Source: Camelus ferus
Lineage: Eukaryota
Assembly (NCBI RefSeq): GCF_009834535.1
Contig: NC_045696.1
Coordinates: 41,728,001-41,792,000, forward strand
Length of the DNA: 64,000 nucleotides
Direction of reading: 5' to 3'
The notes below the pieces were generated by a model, which ran no database searches, was not told where the DNA came from, and worked only from the letters and a program-made list of their open reading frames with translations. This document shows, one piece after another, positions 13,702 through 27,464 of the stretch (its first letter is position 1; every line of letters begins with the position of its first letter). A program made the translations under genes and the position numbers.

Positions 13702-13881
13702 ATTGCTGGCTTAATAGAGAGTTTTCTAACTGGGTCTGAATCTCTTGAAGATAATTTGACGATACCCAAAGAAAGAGGATAGCATGACTTCTTTTACTGT
13801 GATCATTATCTTTACTTTTCCATAACCCAAACCTCTTTAAATGTGTGGTATCCACTAGCAATGAAATCTCATGCAGAGACA
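13702..13881 (-). CDS. SENP7: SENP7 exon (~13), 180 nt
   Basis: cag|TG..T|gtgagt; (V)[24 protein letters not shown]...LENSLLSQQ. Confidence 0.97.
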
Positions 13882-14659
13882 CTGAAACAAATAAAAGATA
13901 ACAAAGTAATAAATTAATCTATTTAGCAATACAACACTGTATGACTCTTAACACAATATATTTTTTAAAAAGAATTATATGCAAAGTTTTTTCTGAAATA
14001 TTATTTCCTGTACACTTCACAGAACTTAGCTGAAATACCTAAACAGCATTATTAGAGTAAAAATGATCATATACAATTAGAAAGGGCCAAATAATTATTA
14101 AATGATAAATGTAGGAAGTTTGTCTCTCACACTATATAATCTCAGACTATCTTATCAATGCAGAAAACTAAGCAGAGTATAACTGAGAAAACTATGTAAT
14201 TCTTTATCTTGGTCAATACTATCAACCAAGACTCCAAATGATAGCATGCTGTCATAAGCCACTTAACGCCTATTTTTCTTCTTCTAAAACATCTGCATTT
14301 CATGACACAGACCAGCCATTATTAAAAGATTCTCAAGAGTTAATACAAGCTTCTGAATGGTCTAAGACAAAATTTCTTTTAAAATTCTTCCAAGTTTTAC
14401 TTCTCAAAACTTCTAGGTAATCACTCAGAATTATTACTCTTTCTCCCTCTTAGTGAGCTAAAAGAATCTCCTCCAACAACCTCATTTTTCATTCAAAGAA
14501 ACATAGAAAACTAGTATAAAGAAGTCTTGAGGTCATCCGGTTCAACTTAAAGAAAATTAGCAGCTAAACTAGGAATACAAATATCAGTTAAGTATAAACC
14601 CAGGATGGTTACTTATTTGAAACAAATCTCTTACTATTCTCCCTTGCCCAGTTTCTGCA

Positions 14660-14990
14660 GGTGCCTGGCTACTCAAAACATAGTCCTCAGTCTGTGACAT
14701 TGGCATTACCTGGGAGCCAACTGGAAATGCAGAAATCAGGCCCCACACTAGATCTACTGAATCAGAATCTTTGGTTTAGGAGGAGGGTATATAGCTCAGT
14801 GGTAGAGCACATGCTTGGCATGCACAAAGTCCTGGATTCAATCCCCAGTATCTCCATTAAAAATAAACAAATAAGCCTAATTATCACCCCCTCCCCCCCC
14901 AAAAAAAGGGAGGAGCAGACTCTTCAGTTTCACAGCAACAAAAAAAAGAAAATCCAAGTAATTCATATGAACATTAAAGTTTGAAAAGCA
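14660..14990. mobile_element. MER5A-like hAT element interrupted by a SINE
   Basis: attacctgggagc..gaaatgcagaaatcaggcccc..tactgaatcagaatct, resuming after the SINE with catatgaacattaaagtttgaaaag. Confidence 0.6.
14779..14907 (+). mobile_element. tRNA-Ala-like camelid-type SINE (Vic-1-like)
   Basis: A box tagctcagtggtagagc, B box ggattcaatcc, AT-rich spacer, C-rich end and A tail. Confidence 0.85.
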
Positions 14991-15319
14991 TTTTACAGTA
15001 AGAATTCAAATAGTCATTAACTAGTCATCTTAATATTCCCAAAACAGTCATTCTATTTTTCTTATAAATTAATCCACTTTAAACATTTTCTCTTTATTCC
15101 TTTCATATTTCCTCCTTCCTCTTCCATTCTTTTCTTCCCTTATTCCATTTCCAGGTCTTTTCCTTGTTCCCCTTCTGTACTTTTCTACTTCTCTTCTCCA
15201 CCTGTTTGTATGTATACCTGCCTGACTTCCTCCCTTCCTATCCTGTCATGTCCTATCCTAGCCTACCTTCCTGCTTTCTTTTACTCTCTATTTACTGGCT
15301 CCTTTTCTTTTTTATATGT

Positions 15320-17032
15320 CTTATTTTTTTAATTGAAATATTGTTAACACAATACAATGTTAGTTTCAGGTTACTACACAATGATTTGACATTTGCATAC
15401 ATTATGAAATGATCACCATGCTAAGTCTAATAATCACCTGCCCCCATACAAACTTATTAAAATGTTACTGACTATACTCCTTGTGTTGTGATTCCCTGTG
15501 GCTTATTTATTTTATAAGTGGGGGTTTACATCTCTTAATCCCTCTAACTTAATTTACCCAACTCCCCACCACCCTCCCTCGGGCAACCAGCTGTTTGCTC
15601 TATTTATCGATGAGCTACTTTCCTTTTGTTTTGTTTTTAGATTCCACATGTAAGTGAAGTCATATGGTATATGTCTTTGACTTTATTTCACTTGGCATAA
15701 TACCCTCTAGATCCATCCATGTTGTCTCAAATTGCCAGATTTCATTTTTATAATGGCTGAGTGATATTCCATTGTATATCTATACCACATCTTCATCCAT
15801 TCATCTATGAAGACACTTACGTTGCTTCCATATCTTGGCTATTGTGAATAATACTGCAATGAACATTGGGGTGCATGTATTTTTTTGAATTACTGCTTTA
15901 GTTTTCTTTGGGTAAATACCCTGAAGTGAAATTGCTGGATCACATGACAATTCTATTTTTAATTTTTTGAGTAACCGCCATACTATTTTCCATAGTGGCT
16001 ACACCAGTTTACAATTCCAATGTGTGCCAACAGTACAAGAGGGTTCTCTTTCCTCCACATCTTTTCCAATGTTTGTTATTTGTTGTCTTTTTGATGATAG
16101 CCATTCTGCCAGGTGTGAGGTGATATCTCTTTGTGGTTTTGATTTGCATGTCACTGATGACCAGTGACTTCAGCATCTTTTCGTGTGTCTATTGCTCATT
16201 TGTATGTCTTCTTTAGAAAAATGTCTACTCAGGTCCTCTGCCCATTTTTTAAACAAGTTGTTTGTTTTTTTGATGTTGAGTTGCATGAGTTCCTTGTATA
16301 TTTCAGATTTTAACCTCCTACCAGACACATAATTTGCAAATATTTTCTCTAAAGTAAGTTGTCTTTTCCTTTTGTTGAAGGTTCCCTTTGCTGTGCAGAA
16401 AGTTTTTAGTTTGAGGCTTCCAACTTCTTTATTTTTGCTTTTGTTGCCTTTGCCTTCACTGACAAATGCAAAAAACTGCCAAGACCAAAGTTAAGGAGTT
16501 TACCCCTGATGTTTTCTTCTCAGAGTTTTATGGTTTCAGGTCTTACATTTAAGTTTTTAATCCATTTTGAGTTGATTTTTTTTGTATAGTAGAGGCAGGG
16601 GTCTAGTTTCATTCTTTTGCACCTGGCTGTCCAGCTTTCTCAATGCCATTTATCAAAAAGACTATCCTTTCCCCATTGTATATTTTTGGCACTTTTGTTG
16701 AAAATTAATTTACTACATATATGTGGGTTTACTTCTGTGTTCTCAATTGTTTTCCATGGATCTGTGTATTTTTATGCTAATATCACACTCTTTTGATTAC
16801 TAAATTAGCTTTGTAATATAGTTTGAAATCAGGAAATGTGATGCCTCCAGCTGTGTTCTTCTCAGGGTTGCTTTGGCTAGTTGGCGTCTTTTGTTGTTCC
16901 ATACAAATTTTAGGATTTTTTTCTATTTCTGTGAAAGACGCCAATAGAATTTTGACAGAGATTGCACTGAATCTGTAGATCAATTTGGGTAATATAGACG
17001 TTATAACAATATTAATTCTTCCAATCTATAAA
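15320..17032 (-). mobile_element. 5'-truncated L1 (ORF2 3' part and 3'UTR)
   Basis: ORF2 remnant IYRFSAISVKI...GGITFPDFKLYYKA; T-rich tail near 15320. Confidence 0.9.
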
Positions 17033-17384
17033 CACTATAACTCTTCCATTCTGAAAACTGTCAGTAAAACCAGCAGCAAAGATGAAGAGATTGAGTTCAA
17101 AGCAAGGAGTAAAAACCTTCAGAAAAACTTCTCAGCATTCTTCCTCATGCAGCTCACAGCCCCAGATAGTTGGTACTATTCTGTGAAATCTATATAATTA
17201 TTACTAGTCCAAATGTTCCAAGCTCTTAGTATGAAAGCTAAATAGTCTTGGAAGACTACTTTTAAAAGTTTCCTTTAAATAAAAAGGAATTTTAGTACCA
17301 TCATAAGAAAAATTTACCTCATTACCAAATTCTTGCCAAAATATTTGGTTTATTCTGTTAAAGGGCTATGATAGACACTGAAAG

Positions 17385-17875
17385 TGGGAGTTGACCTTTC
17401 ATTTTTCCTACCCACTGTTAGGGATTTTGATAACAGGACCCTAATTTTGCAGGGAAGCAAGAAACTCTTAAATCTCTTTAAAATTCTGTTTCCTACCACT
17501 TGCTTTGCAGATAGATGTGTGGTCATATGACTACATTCCAGCTAAGGACATATAAGCAGAAAAGGTTATGTGGCCTGAACATCAAGAAGACTCCTTAAAA
17601 GAACAAGAGATAGGTGGTATGAATCCTTTCTATCGTTTTGCCTTCCTCCGGCTTCCTACCTGGAACATTAAAACATGATGGCTGGAGTACAAGCAGTCAT
17701 ATGGACCATGAGAAAGAGGATGAAAGTCATGCGTCAGGGATAACAGAGTAGAACAATAAAAGAGTCTAGGCCCCTGATGAACAAATAAACTCCTTAGTCA
17801 GTCCTGTTCAGTCTACCTCTGGATTTCTTAAATGTGAAAGAAAACTATATTCTTTAAGCCACAGCCAAACACAAT
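17385..17875. mobile_element. MaLR LTR remnant (MLT1J-like)
   Basis: gatggctggag...catatggaccatgag...ctacctctggatttctt...tttaagccac motifs. Confidence 0.55.
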
Positions 17876-18304
17876 TAACAGCTAATATAAATATGAATAA
17901 ATCAAATTTTCCCAACAGCTGTTACTGCAAAGAAAAAAAATAAGTAAACATTTAGCTCCTAGATTTCCCATCTACAAAAACCTTTTACATGCATGCCTTG
18001 TTTTTAAAAGATTTCTGTATATGAGAACTTAGCACAGAGGATTTGAAGAAGAAGAGTAATATTTTCCTCTTACATTATAAAATCATAAACTTATTACTAC
18101 TGACAGGAGCATTTTTTCATACTTTTTAAATTAAAATAATCTTTTAAAAATCATTTGGGGTAGAAAAGCTATAAAAGAAAGCAATATTTGAAACAAAGTA
18201 CAAAATGTTAACTATGAAAACATAAAATATCATTTCTGAGGTTTGTATCATAAGAATTTGAGAGGAAGCTCTGTTACAAAGTTCTTTAACTATAAATTTT
18301 AGAA

Positions 18305-19423
18305 TCATCAACAAAAGTAAAAGGTAACCTACTAAATGAGAGAAAATATTTGCAAATCACATATCTGATAAGAGGTTAAAATCCAAAATATATAAAGAAG
18401 TCATACAACTCAACAGCAAAAATAAAAAAAAAAAAGATTAAAAAATAGGCAGAGACACCTGAAAAGACATTTTTCCAAAATAAACATATAGATAGCCAAC
18501 AGATACATGAAAAGGTGCTCAACATCACTACTCATCATGGAAATCAAAATCACAATGAAGTGTCACCTCACATCTATTAGAAAGGCTGTTATCAAAAAGA
18601 CAAGAAATAATGAATGTTGACAAGGCTGTAGAAAACAGGGAACTGGGAACTCTTGTGCACTTCTGGTGGGAATGTAAATTGACACAGCCACTATGGAAAA
18701 CAGTACAGAGGTTCTTAAAAATTTTTTTAATGATCCAGCAATTTCACTTCTGGGTATTTATACAAAGGAAATGAAAACACTAATTAAAAAAGATACATGC
18801 ACTCTCATGTGCACTGCAACATTATTCACAACAGCCAAGATATGGAAAACACCTAAGTGTCCATCAGTGAATGAATGGATAAAGAAGATGTATATACACA
18901 CACACACACACACATTGGAATACTAGTGTGCCCCCAAAAAGAATGAAATCTTGCCATTTGTGACAACATGGATGGACCTTGAGGGCATCATGCTAAATGA
19001 AATGAATCAGATAGAGAAAGACAAATACCGTATGATATAACTTAATTGTGGAATCTTAAAAAATAAAAAGTTCATAGATACAGAGATCAGATTGGTGGCT
19101 AATAGAAGCAGGCAGTGAGCAAAATGATTGAAGGGGATCAAAAGGTACAAACTTCCAATTATAAAATAAATAAGTCATGAAGATTTAATGAACAGCACAA
19201 TGACTACCGTTAATAATGCTTGTATTGCATAACTGAAAATTGCTAAGGAAGTAAATCTTAGAAGTCCTCATCACAAGAAAAATAATTTTATAACTATGTA
19301 TGGGGATGGATGTTAACCTGACTTACTGGGGGTATCATTTTGCATATATACAAGTATCAAATCATCATGTTGTACACCTGAAATTAATATAATGTATGTC
19401 ATTAATACCTCTATTAAAAAAAA
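18305..19423 (+). mobile_element. 5'-truncated L1 (L1MA-like 3' end)
   Basis: ORF2 C-terminus DPAISLLGIY..KCPSVNEWIKKM, then 3'UTR and A tail. Confidence 0.9.
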
Positions 19424-20349
19424 GAATTTGGGTCTTTATTTGTTTCTTCTAAATAGCTAATGTTGTATTATTCTGTAGTAACTTATTAACATTTCCTACT
19501 TAAGAATATCAGTGCATTTATTCTTACGTATTACATATGCCTTATATATTCTTACTACTTACAGCAGCTTCCTAATTATTAGATTCATTGTCATAATACA
19601 TACACTTGTGGATTCTGTACATGGGTATGCGGGGAGTCTAACTAAAGTTACTGCAATCACATCTTCAGTCTTGGAACAAAGGCTTTTTCTTCCCAAGTTC
19701 ATTTCTGAAGTGCTATTTGTGTATATTTTTCTTGTTCATTCTTTTCATAATTTATTCTCTAAAGAGACTATTCTCTGTTGCTTATTATTTGTTCTTTTAG
19801 TGTTGCTACCTATTTTAAAAGGTTTTTATTTGGGAAGAGAATGAGAAAATTATCTGAGTCTCTACAAATTGCAGATATATTTTCCAATCTACTCTGCCTT
19901 ACTCAGATAAGAAATGATATTTAAAGAACTCTCTTAACCTCTATGCAAAACCATTTCACATGTCTGTGTGCAACATGAAAATTTTCCTTATACTTTACTT
20001 ACAGTTCCTATTTTCATTCATTTTTATGTATCAAATATCTTGCTGTCAAAACTCTTTCTGTCAATCCCAAGACATTACCATTGGTCCCTTAATATTGCCC
20101 AACTTGAAGTCACTAAAACCATAGTATACTATATACTACTTTAAGTTTTATAAAACATTTTAAACTCCTTTTGAAGCTGCTAAAAAAGTGTTAAGTTGAA
20201 ACTCATTATTAACCTTAGTTTCACATAAATTCCATATTGGAAAAAATTACAAAAAACTAGTTGCAGAAATACTTCAGAATTTTTACTGACCCATTATTTT
20301 ATACTCAAAATCACAGTGAAAAAGACGTCATAAGACAATGATAGCTTAC

Positions 20350-20383
20350 CTTGAAATGGGATCTTAATATACTTTGTCGTGAA
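20350..20383 (-). CDS. SENP7: SENP7 small exon (~12), 34 nt
   Basis: ctttag|TTC..G|gtaagc; FTTKYIKIPFQ; phases fit both neighbours. Confidence 0.93.
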
Positions 20384-23300
20384 CTAAAGGAAAAAAACAA
20401 AACAAAACAAAACAACAAAAAAAAGAGTTACCATTCAAAATGTGTTACTATTCAAATTTTTCAAAATTTTTTTCTTTTCTAAACCACAGGTACACAATCA
20501 AAGCCTACACTAAAAGTACTCAAGTCTTTTTCTCAATTAACCAAAAGGATGTTTCACTGTAAAGACTTAGTTTTATGCAAGTTTAAGAAACTTGTACAAG
20601 TAACTTAATTCTCAATATTCTCATTTATAAAAAACAGTGCAACTTTACTTAATATATTTTTTCAAAAATATTTCCTGAAAATTTAAAGGAGAAATAAGAC
20701 AAAGTCTAGAAGAAACTGCCCAAAGACCTGACAGGGTGTCAATGACTTTGGTAAGCAAACCACAAAACAGGGTTTGATTCTTGGCTTTGCTGACATTCCC
20801 AGCATTCATTTTTCTTTGTGCCATGTTAAAATTTCCTTCTGACTGGGGATTCAGCAGAAGATTCAGCAGAAAGATCCTGCTCTTTCTGCTCCTTCTGTGC
20901 CAGGACACTCTATTTCCTGTAGGTATTTTTATATATATTTGACCTCCTTAAGTGTTGGTTTTAAAATAAACTCTCAAGAGTTGTAGAGTTCCTAAATCTT
21001 GTAACCACTTAAAACAGGTATCCTTTGAAGTTTGTCAAATGAACTCATGCCTCTTTGTCTATTATTTGGTTAGGTTTCTCTTTTGATCAACACATTTCTG
21101 AAATTGTTGACCAAATGAAGGGTACAGTCTGTGAGCACAAAACAAAATCGACAGTGGTCTTGGTAAATGGTTACCTAAATTAACTACCTAAGAGTTGCAA
21201 ATAAGTAGCACACAATGTTCAGTGAAACAACAGATTTACTATGACTCCATTTTTTTTTTGCTAGTTAAAAAATTATTTCATATTGTAGTTTCACAAACGT
21301 AAAACTCACATTTCCTAGAGTAAGTCAGCCACTAAAGCAAAATTTGAGCAAAAGCGCAAATGAACTAAAAGCTGAGCACAGAGTTCAAATGCTGTCTCTA
21401 TTATCTCTACCATTCAAATAGTAAGTAGATAAACTTAGGTAACTTAATGAATCTCTCAGTTTTAGATAAGACCCTTAATGAAGGGGTGCTATTATCATTA
21501 GACATTACCATCTGATTAAGTATGTTATTTAGTTTAATTTAGTCAAATATGCCTTATCATTATGTCACTTTCACACAACTGCTATATATATTTGGTATGT
21601 TTCCCCTTGCTAAATTCTTTCTCATAGGTTTCACTGGGTCTTTAATCTCATAAAATAGCTTAGCAGTTGTAAATCACTAGTTATAGAAAACGAATATAAG
21701 GAGTGTTTGCTTTTGAGATTTTATAGTTATTACCACAAAATTATGAATTAGAAGCAGTGCATCTATTTATCCTTGGTCTCTACTTTCTACATTATTGTTT
21801 TATTCTCCCACCATAAAGATCCTTGTTCTATCAAACCTTTTGGCTTGGCAAGGATCACATACTCATTTACACCTTTTAATACTGACTAAGCCAATATGTA
21901 ACCTCTCCCCAAAGCAGAGCCCTATTTGCAGCAAAAATTGAATCCACAGTTAAGAAAATTAGAAAGATGTTTCTGTGGCAATGAGGTAAACCCAGTTCTC
22001 TGAAATCACACCACATTTATTTAAACTTAAGAATAAAGGTGAACACAAGAGCTATTTTATAACTTCTTACAATAGTAGCACAGTTCTCTGAACATTATAC
22101 ATATTTAATAAACATTTTTCCTACTACCAACAAAAGTGAGATCTAAAAAAATGCTCATAGCTACTACAGCATTCTCTACACTAAAAAAAAAAAAAGTAGC
22201 AGTATCTTAAATGTACAACTACAAGAAAATGGCTCTAACTTACATAAAAGTTTCCCACTCCAGGTATTTTTTTAGTTCAGCTAAATTCTGTCATGACAGT
22301 GAGAACAATACTTTTCAGTGTCCATAATAATACATAATGGACACTCATTAAACATATAGAAAATGACCAAGTTTAATTCTCTAATATATTTACTCCATCC
22401 AAAAGTTCTTTTATTTCCAAGTTATAGAGCATCATAAAAAATAAATACTGAAAATATTGAAAAAATGATATTAAAGTCTTTTCAAAAACTTGAAAGCTTA
22501 AGACTTTTATCCTTTTCCCTTTTTATGTTATTCATTATATTTTTTAATTTTAAAATTGCTATGTTCTCTCCATAGTAACATAACTTTTAATTTTTTCAGA
22601 ATTCCTCTCTGTCTTTCTTCAGATATGTATTTTTTTACCTATATATATTTACTTTGATTTACTAAACCACTTTCTTGTAATTAGACATTTAAGTTTTTTA
22701 TTTTAATTACAGTTTAAGTGTTCCAATAGACATGAAACAAACTTCCAGGACCTACTTTAGGACATTTATTGAATATTTGCAGTCCTCTACTATTGTAATA
22801 GCAAAATACTGGGACAACTGAAATGTCCAATAGTTGGGAATTAAGGGCACCCCGAAATCCCCAAATAGTTTCATGAATTAAGTTAATTTGATTATGGTGA
22901 GTTACAAAACAGTATGTATAATGTCATATCCTTTTCTTTTAAATATTTAGGCATCTAATATGAAGAATACGTAAGGATATACACTGTAAAGTTAATGGCA
23001 ATTGTCTCTGGATAAGCAAGATCATAGGTGTTCTTTAAATTCTTCCTTTACTCATTTGTAGTTTTTTGTTTGGCTTTGTATTTTGCCCATAACAAACCCA
23101 CCTAACTGTATAATAACATAATTCATACAAACAATAATTAATGAAAACCCACTGTTGAATATTTATATTAAATATTGCTCCCTTGGTTAATAAATTATTG
23201 TCAAATATTCAGGTTATCCAATTTTTTGCCATTATAAACAACTGAACAGAAAAAGGTGAATTTTAAATGAAAAAGCTATGAAATGGAGCTGGGGGTGGGA

Positions 23301-23951
23301 ACTGGAAAAAGTGAACAAAATTCCTTAAAGAAAAAAATTGTAAAATCACTCAAGGCATAACAAAATCACTGATATCTGAAAACCAGTGAGCAGAGAATAT
23401 TAATTTTAAACAGAATTGCTGTGGTGCTTTCAATCAAAACAATTTTCACCCTACCTTCCCTCTGTATAGTCACAAAGCAAACATCTACTTCATTACCTTA
23501 AATCATATGCTCTCTTCTCTATGAAGTCTTCCCTAATTCCTCCAGACAGATATAGGTACTCAGGCCATATGCACCCTTCTTATACATATTTCCATTGTAC
23601 ATTATACCATAATACAAATACCTATTTATGTGTCTGTCTCTTCCAGTAGACTAAGGTTCCTTGAAAGAAGAGATCATATCTGCACCATTTTTATTTTATT
23701 CCCTGCCCTACCTATAACAGTGAAATTAATAAAACTTCTAAGAAAATACCTAAATTATAATCTGACGTAGTCAATTCAATCCAACTAATGTTTGTAAGTG
23801 CCTATTTAGGTTTGGGCCATTTACGGAAGATACAAAAGGGAATAAAAGCATGGCTCTTCATTACAAGATGCTTAAAGGCTAATGGGACATTTAGGCTAGA
23901 ATACAAACAATTAAAAACACACAGAATAAATCTTACAACAGATGTAAAAAT

Positions 23952-23998
23952 TACACAGTAAAAGGAGAAGTTAAGTACACAGTAAAAGGAGAAGTTAA
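23952..23998. repeat. Perfect 23-bp tandem duplication
   Basis: tacacagtaaaaggagaagttaa twice, period 24. Confidence 0.9.
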
Positions 23999-24616
23999 TT
24001 CTAGCTAGGAAGGAGAAATCAGGAAAGGTTTCCTGGAAGAGGAACTTTTTCAGATAAGCCTTAAAAGATGGTTAGGATTTTAAAACAGGCAGAAAAATAA
24101 AGAGACAGTATAGAGAACTAAGTAAAATCCAATCTGGTTTTCACATACAAAATGTGAGGAGTTAATATTGGAAAAAAAAAAAAGTGGGGGGAAAACAGAA
24201 TAGGACCTGTTTCTGGAGATCCTTAAATAACTTAGGAATTTGGAGAACATAATTTAAACCAGTAAAATGAGATTTCTTCTTTTTGCTATTAACTACAGCC
24301 TGAATAAAATTTTATGTTACCATCAAATAAGTTTTAGATACCAAAGAATATCAACACTACATAAGATTTTGTTTATACATAATCTTCATTAGAGTAGTCA
24401 GATCAGAGATATTATTTTAGGGCATTCCACTATGATTTCAAAATTCCCCTCCCTCAATTAAAGACATGTCTCAAAATAGACATAATGACATATTAAAAAT
24501 GTTCTATATAAAATTAATCTCAATTCTATTTTCATTTGCACTAAAAAAGAGAAGATAATCTAAAAATGCCTTGTCCAAGAACCAGAACTAAAAAAAAAAA
24601 AATTAAATATACTTAC

Positions 24617-24763
24617 TGTAACACAACCTTTAGAAGCTCCTTTTATTTTACCAATATAAACAGAAGTAAATGTAAAATCCAGCTGTAGATCCAACTCATT
24701 ACTAGGTGTAATACAGGAAATGTTTTCTGTGACAGGATTATATGGACGTAATTCAGATGAAGC
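24617..24763 (-). CDS. SENP7: SENP7 exon (~11), 147 nt
   Basis: tag|GCT..ACA|gtaagt; [49 protein letters not shown]. Confidence 0.97.
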
Positions 24764-25730
24764 CTAACAAGGAATAAATTATAAAATGCATATAAGCCTA
24801 AGTGCTATATAAATACTGACAATGATTCCAAAGTCAAATACTTCTTTAAATTACTATTAATGAATTTGTGAAGGATTTTACACTGTTCTTACTGTGAAGA
24901 AAGAGTTAACTAGATTTTTTTCTTAAAAAGTATATTAATTACCTTGAGAAAATTACTGTAAATAGTTGAATCCAAAATTAATTCCATAGGCCTAAGTTCC
25001 AGAAATATATCCTCTCTATCAAAGCCATGATTTCAAATTGTTTCCCCTAACAGACTTCATTTTTAACTCAACAGAAATAAATTAGGATTCATACACTATT
25101 TAGTTTAAATGAGTTTTTAAATATATTATCTCTTTTAATCACCAAAACCATCTCATGAGGCAGTTTTCTTCCACATTTCATAAGTAAAGTTAATAGATGT
25201 TTGAATTGGTTAAGTGGGTTGCCAAACATAATGCAATTAGTAAGAAGCAAAACTAAGACAAATCCAGGTTTCCATCTCCAGGTTAAGGGTTATAAGCACA
25301 TCAAATTGCTTCCATAACCCAAGATGATGCTTTATATTAATGCTAATAGCATTAATAGCATGTGAGGAAAAGGAATAATTCCAACTAGGCATTGTATTGC
25401 AAGACCAGACAAATACTGGAAACTGTTTACCTCTAGAAAATCTTTTGATAAAGTACTTATATGTCCAATGAGAACCATAAAAGAATAAATATCTAAGTTT
25501 TAGAATATTTAGACTGAAAAAATATAAACGACCAGAAAAAAAATGGTATTTTTTCACTTCAAAATAAAGACAATTATGTATTTTCCTCACACTAATATGA
25601 AAGTTGTCTCAAAATTCAAACTAAGAAAAACTGTAATTTTTATTATAATATTCTGCTTGATGAAATAAAAAGTCATTAGCCCATAGTGTATATTTCACTG
25701 TTAATCTGTGAGGAGGCAGAAATTAATTAC

Positions 25731-25888
25731 CTGTACAGATTCACATGTAATCAATGGTAGTTCTGACACTGCTGGCTCAGAAGTACTCCTGCTTTCATTA
25801 GTGACGGCATGATCTTGCTTAGGTTGTAATTTAAGAATTTCTGAACTTTTATGCTCAACAGGTCCTTCTTCATCACTGGAGACGACAA
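25731..25888 (-). CDS. SENP7: SENP7 exon (~10), 158 nt
   Basis: tag|TT..CAG|gtaatt; (I)[21 protein letters not shown]...[11 protein letters not shown]. Confidence 0.97.
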
Positions 25889-26724
25889 CTAAAAAGGGAA
25901 AATGTATTTTTTAAATGTATCACAGTAATCATGTATCAAAAAGAGAAGTTTCTAATTCATACAATCTTTCAAAATCCCATTGAATCTAATCATCTAACTA
26001 AATTCAATTTAGAAACTAGCCTATTATTTATTACCTGATTTATACTAGTTACATTCAATGTTTCCCTATCAGTGCCATTATTTAGCAGTTATCTGCAACC
26101 TTACCTTCTGGAGGATGAAGTCATTTAAAAATGGATAAAGCCACGAGGAGAACACAGGAACAAGTCTGAGTTCTAATAATGTGTTGTGCCATCACTCTAA
26201 ATTGTACTTTAAATCCTCTTACACTATTTGCTTCCAGGAGGGGGAAACTGATGGGTAGGGAAAGATGTGGGAGACTATTCACTGGATATCCTTTAGAACA
26301 TTTTCGTATCATGTGACTACATCAAACACTTGAAATTTAACATCAAAATTAATTAATTAAATCAAAAGTATTGACAATAAATAAATAGCACTTAAACCAT
26401 CTGTACTTCAGCTTAATCAACCAAAATGACAAAATGGTCCTTACAGACTCTTATTAAAAACTACTTAGGAGATGAATTACAGGACACTAATCTAAAAAAA
26501 TAAATACTTCTGCTTCTAAGTACTCCATTGTTTACCTAAATCAATATTACAAATTCATGAAGGAAGTCCCAAAACCCCAAGTCTTTTTTTTATAAAGTTA
26601 ATATATCCCACAATGATATTGTAAGTTAACTTACTGCCTTAGCAAAATTTGTTTGAGAGGAGAAATAAAACAACTAAGTGAAGCAGAGAAAGTTAAGAGC
26701 CTTTATAATCCTTACGTTACTTAC

Positions 26725-27064
26725 TTGGTTCACCTGAGATAAACGATTGGTTCCCTTCACTGTGTTCACTCAAAACAGGTTTTTCTATTGTGTTCAATTC
26801 ATTCTCATCCTTCTCAGCCAAGGTAGAATTCCCCAAAGTATCAGTGGAAATAGAACTCACAAAAGTTTCAGTGGTTGAACAGTCAGAGGTGATTTTGGGA
26901 GCAGTGCTCAAAGCCAACTCCTGACTATGAAGTGAGGCTAGTTTAGTAAAATCACTTTCTATAGGTTCAAGTGTAATTTCTTCAAGTAGTTTTGGGTCTT
27001 CATGATAGTTTTCACTTGACTTCTCAAATTCAGTGGATACTGTTGGGTCATTTTCTTGTTCTTT
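26725..27064 (-). CDS. SENP7: SENP7 exon (~9), 340 nt
   Basis: cag|AAA..A|gtaagt; [15 protein letters not shown]...[15 protein letters not shown]...ISGEP. Confidence 0.96.
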
Positions 27065-27381
27065 CTGAACATAAATAAATGCACATAAAAGTTAGCATTT
27101 TTCAAATTTGGCTAACAAAGAATTTTTTGAAGTTTAAATTCCTAAAGAAGAAATAAAAGTAAAAATATTATATAATTTCTGTAACTACAGGGATAGAAAA
27201 TTGCACAATTATTTTACTCTTGCCAGTGCCTCTCAAGTATAATGCAGATACAGAGTTTGGTCTGTTCAACTGGATGCCTCAATGTTTAACTTTTTGAAAG
27301 GATGAAAAGGGGAAATTCCCATAATTACAAGTGGTTCAGATGGTCACCCACAATCTAAGTCAACTTTAAGTGAGAGGAATT

Positions 27382-27464
27382 ATTTTTTATGGAAGTACTG
27401 GAGATTGAACCTGGAACCTTAGCCGTGCTAAGCATGTGCTCTACCACTGAGCTATACCCTCCCC
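27382..27464 (-). mobile_element. Short tRNA-Ala-like camelid-type SINE
   Basis: Reverse complement ggggagggtatagctcagtggtagagcacatgcttagc...ggttcaatctccagtacttcca followed by A tail. Confidence 0.85.

Noticed and set aside
20645..20908. 87-aa minus ORF containing MAQRK and ending KKYIK, echoing SENP7 exon peptides
   Set aside because: The matches are only 4 residues in AT-rich DNA, and the only nearby donor (AA|gtaaag) is out of phase with the 34-nt exon
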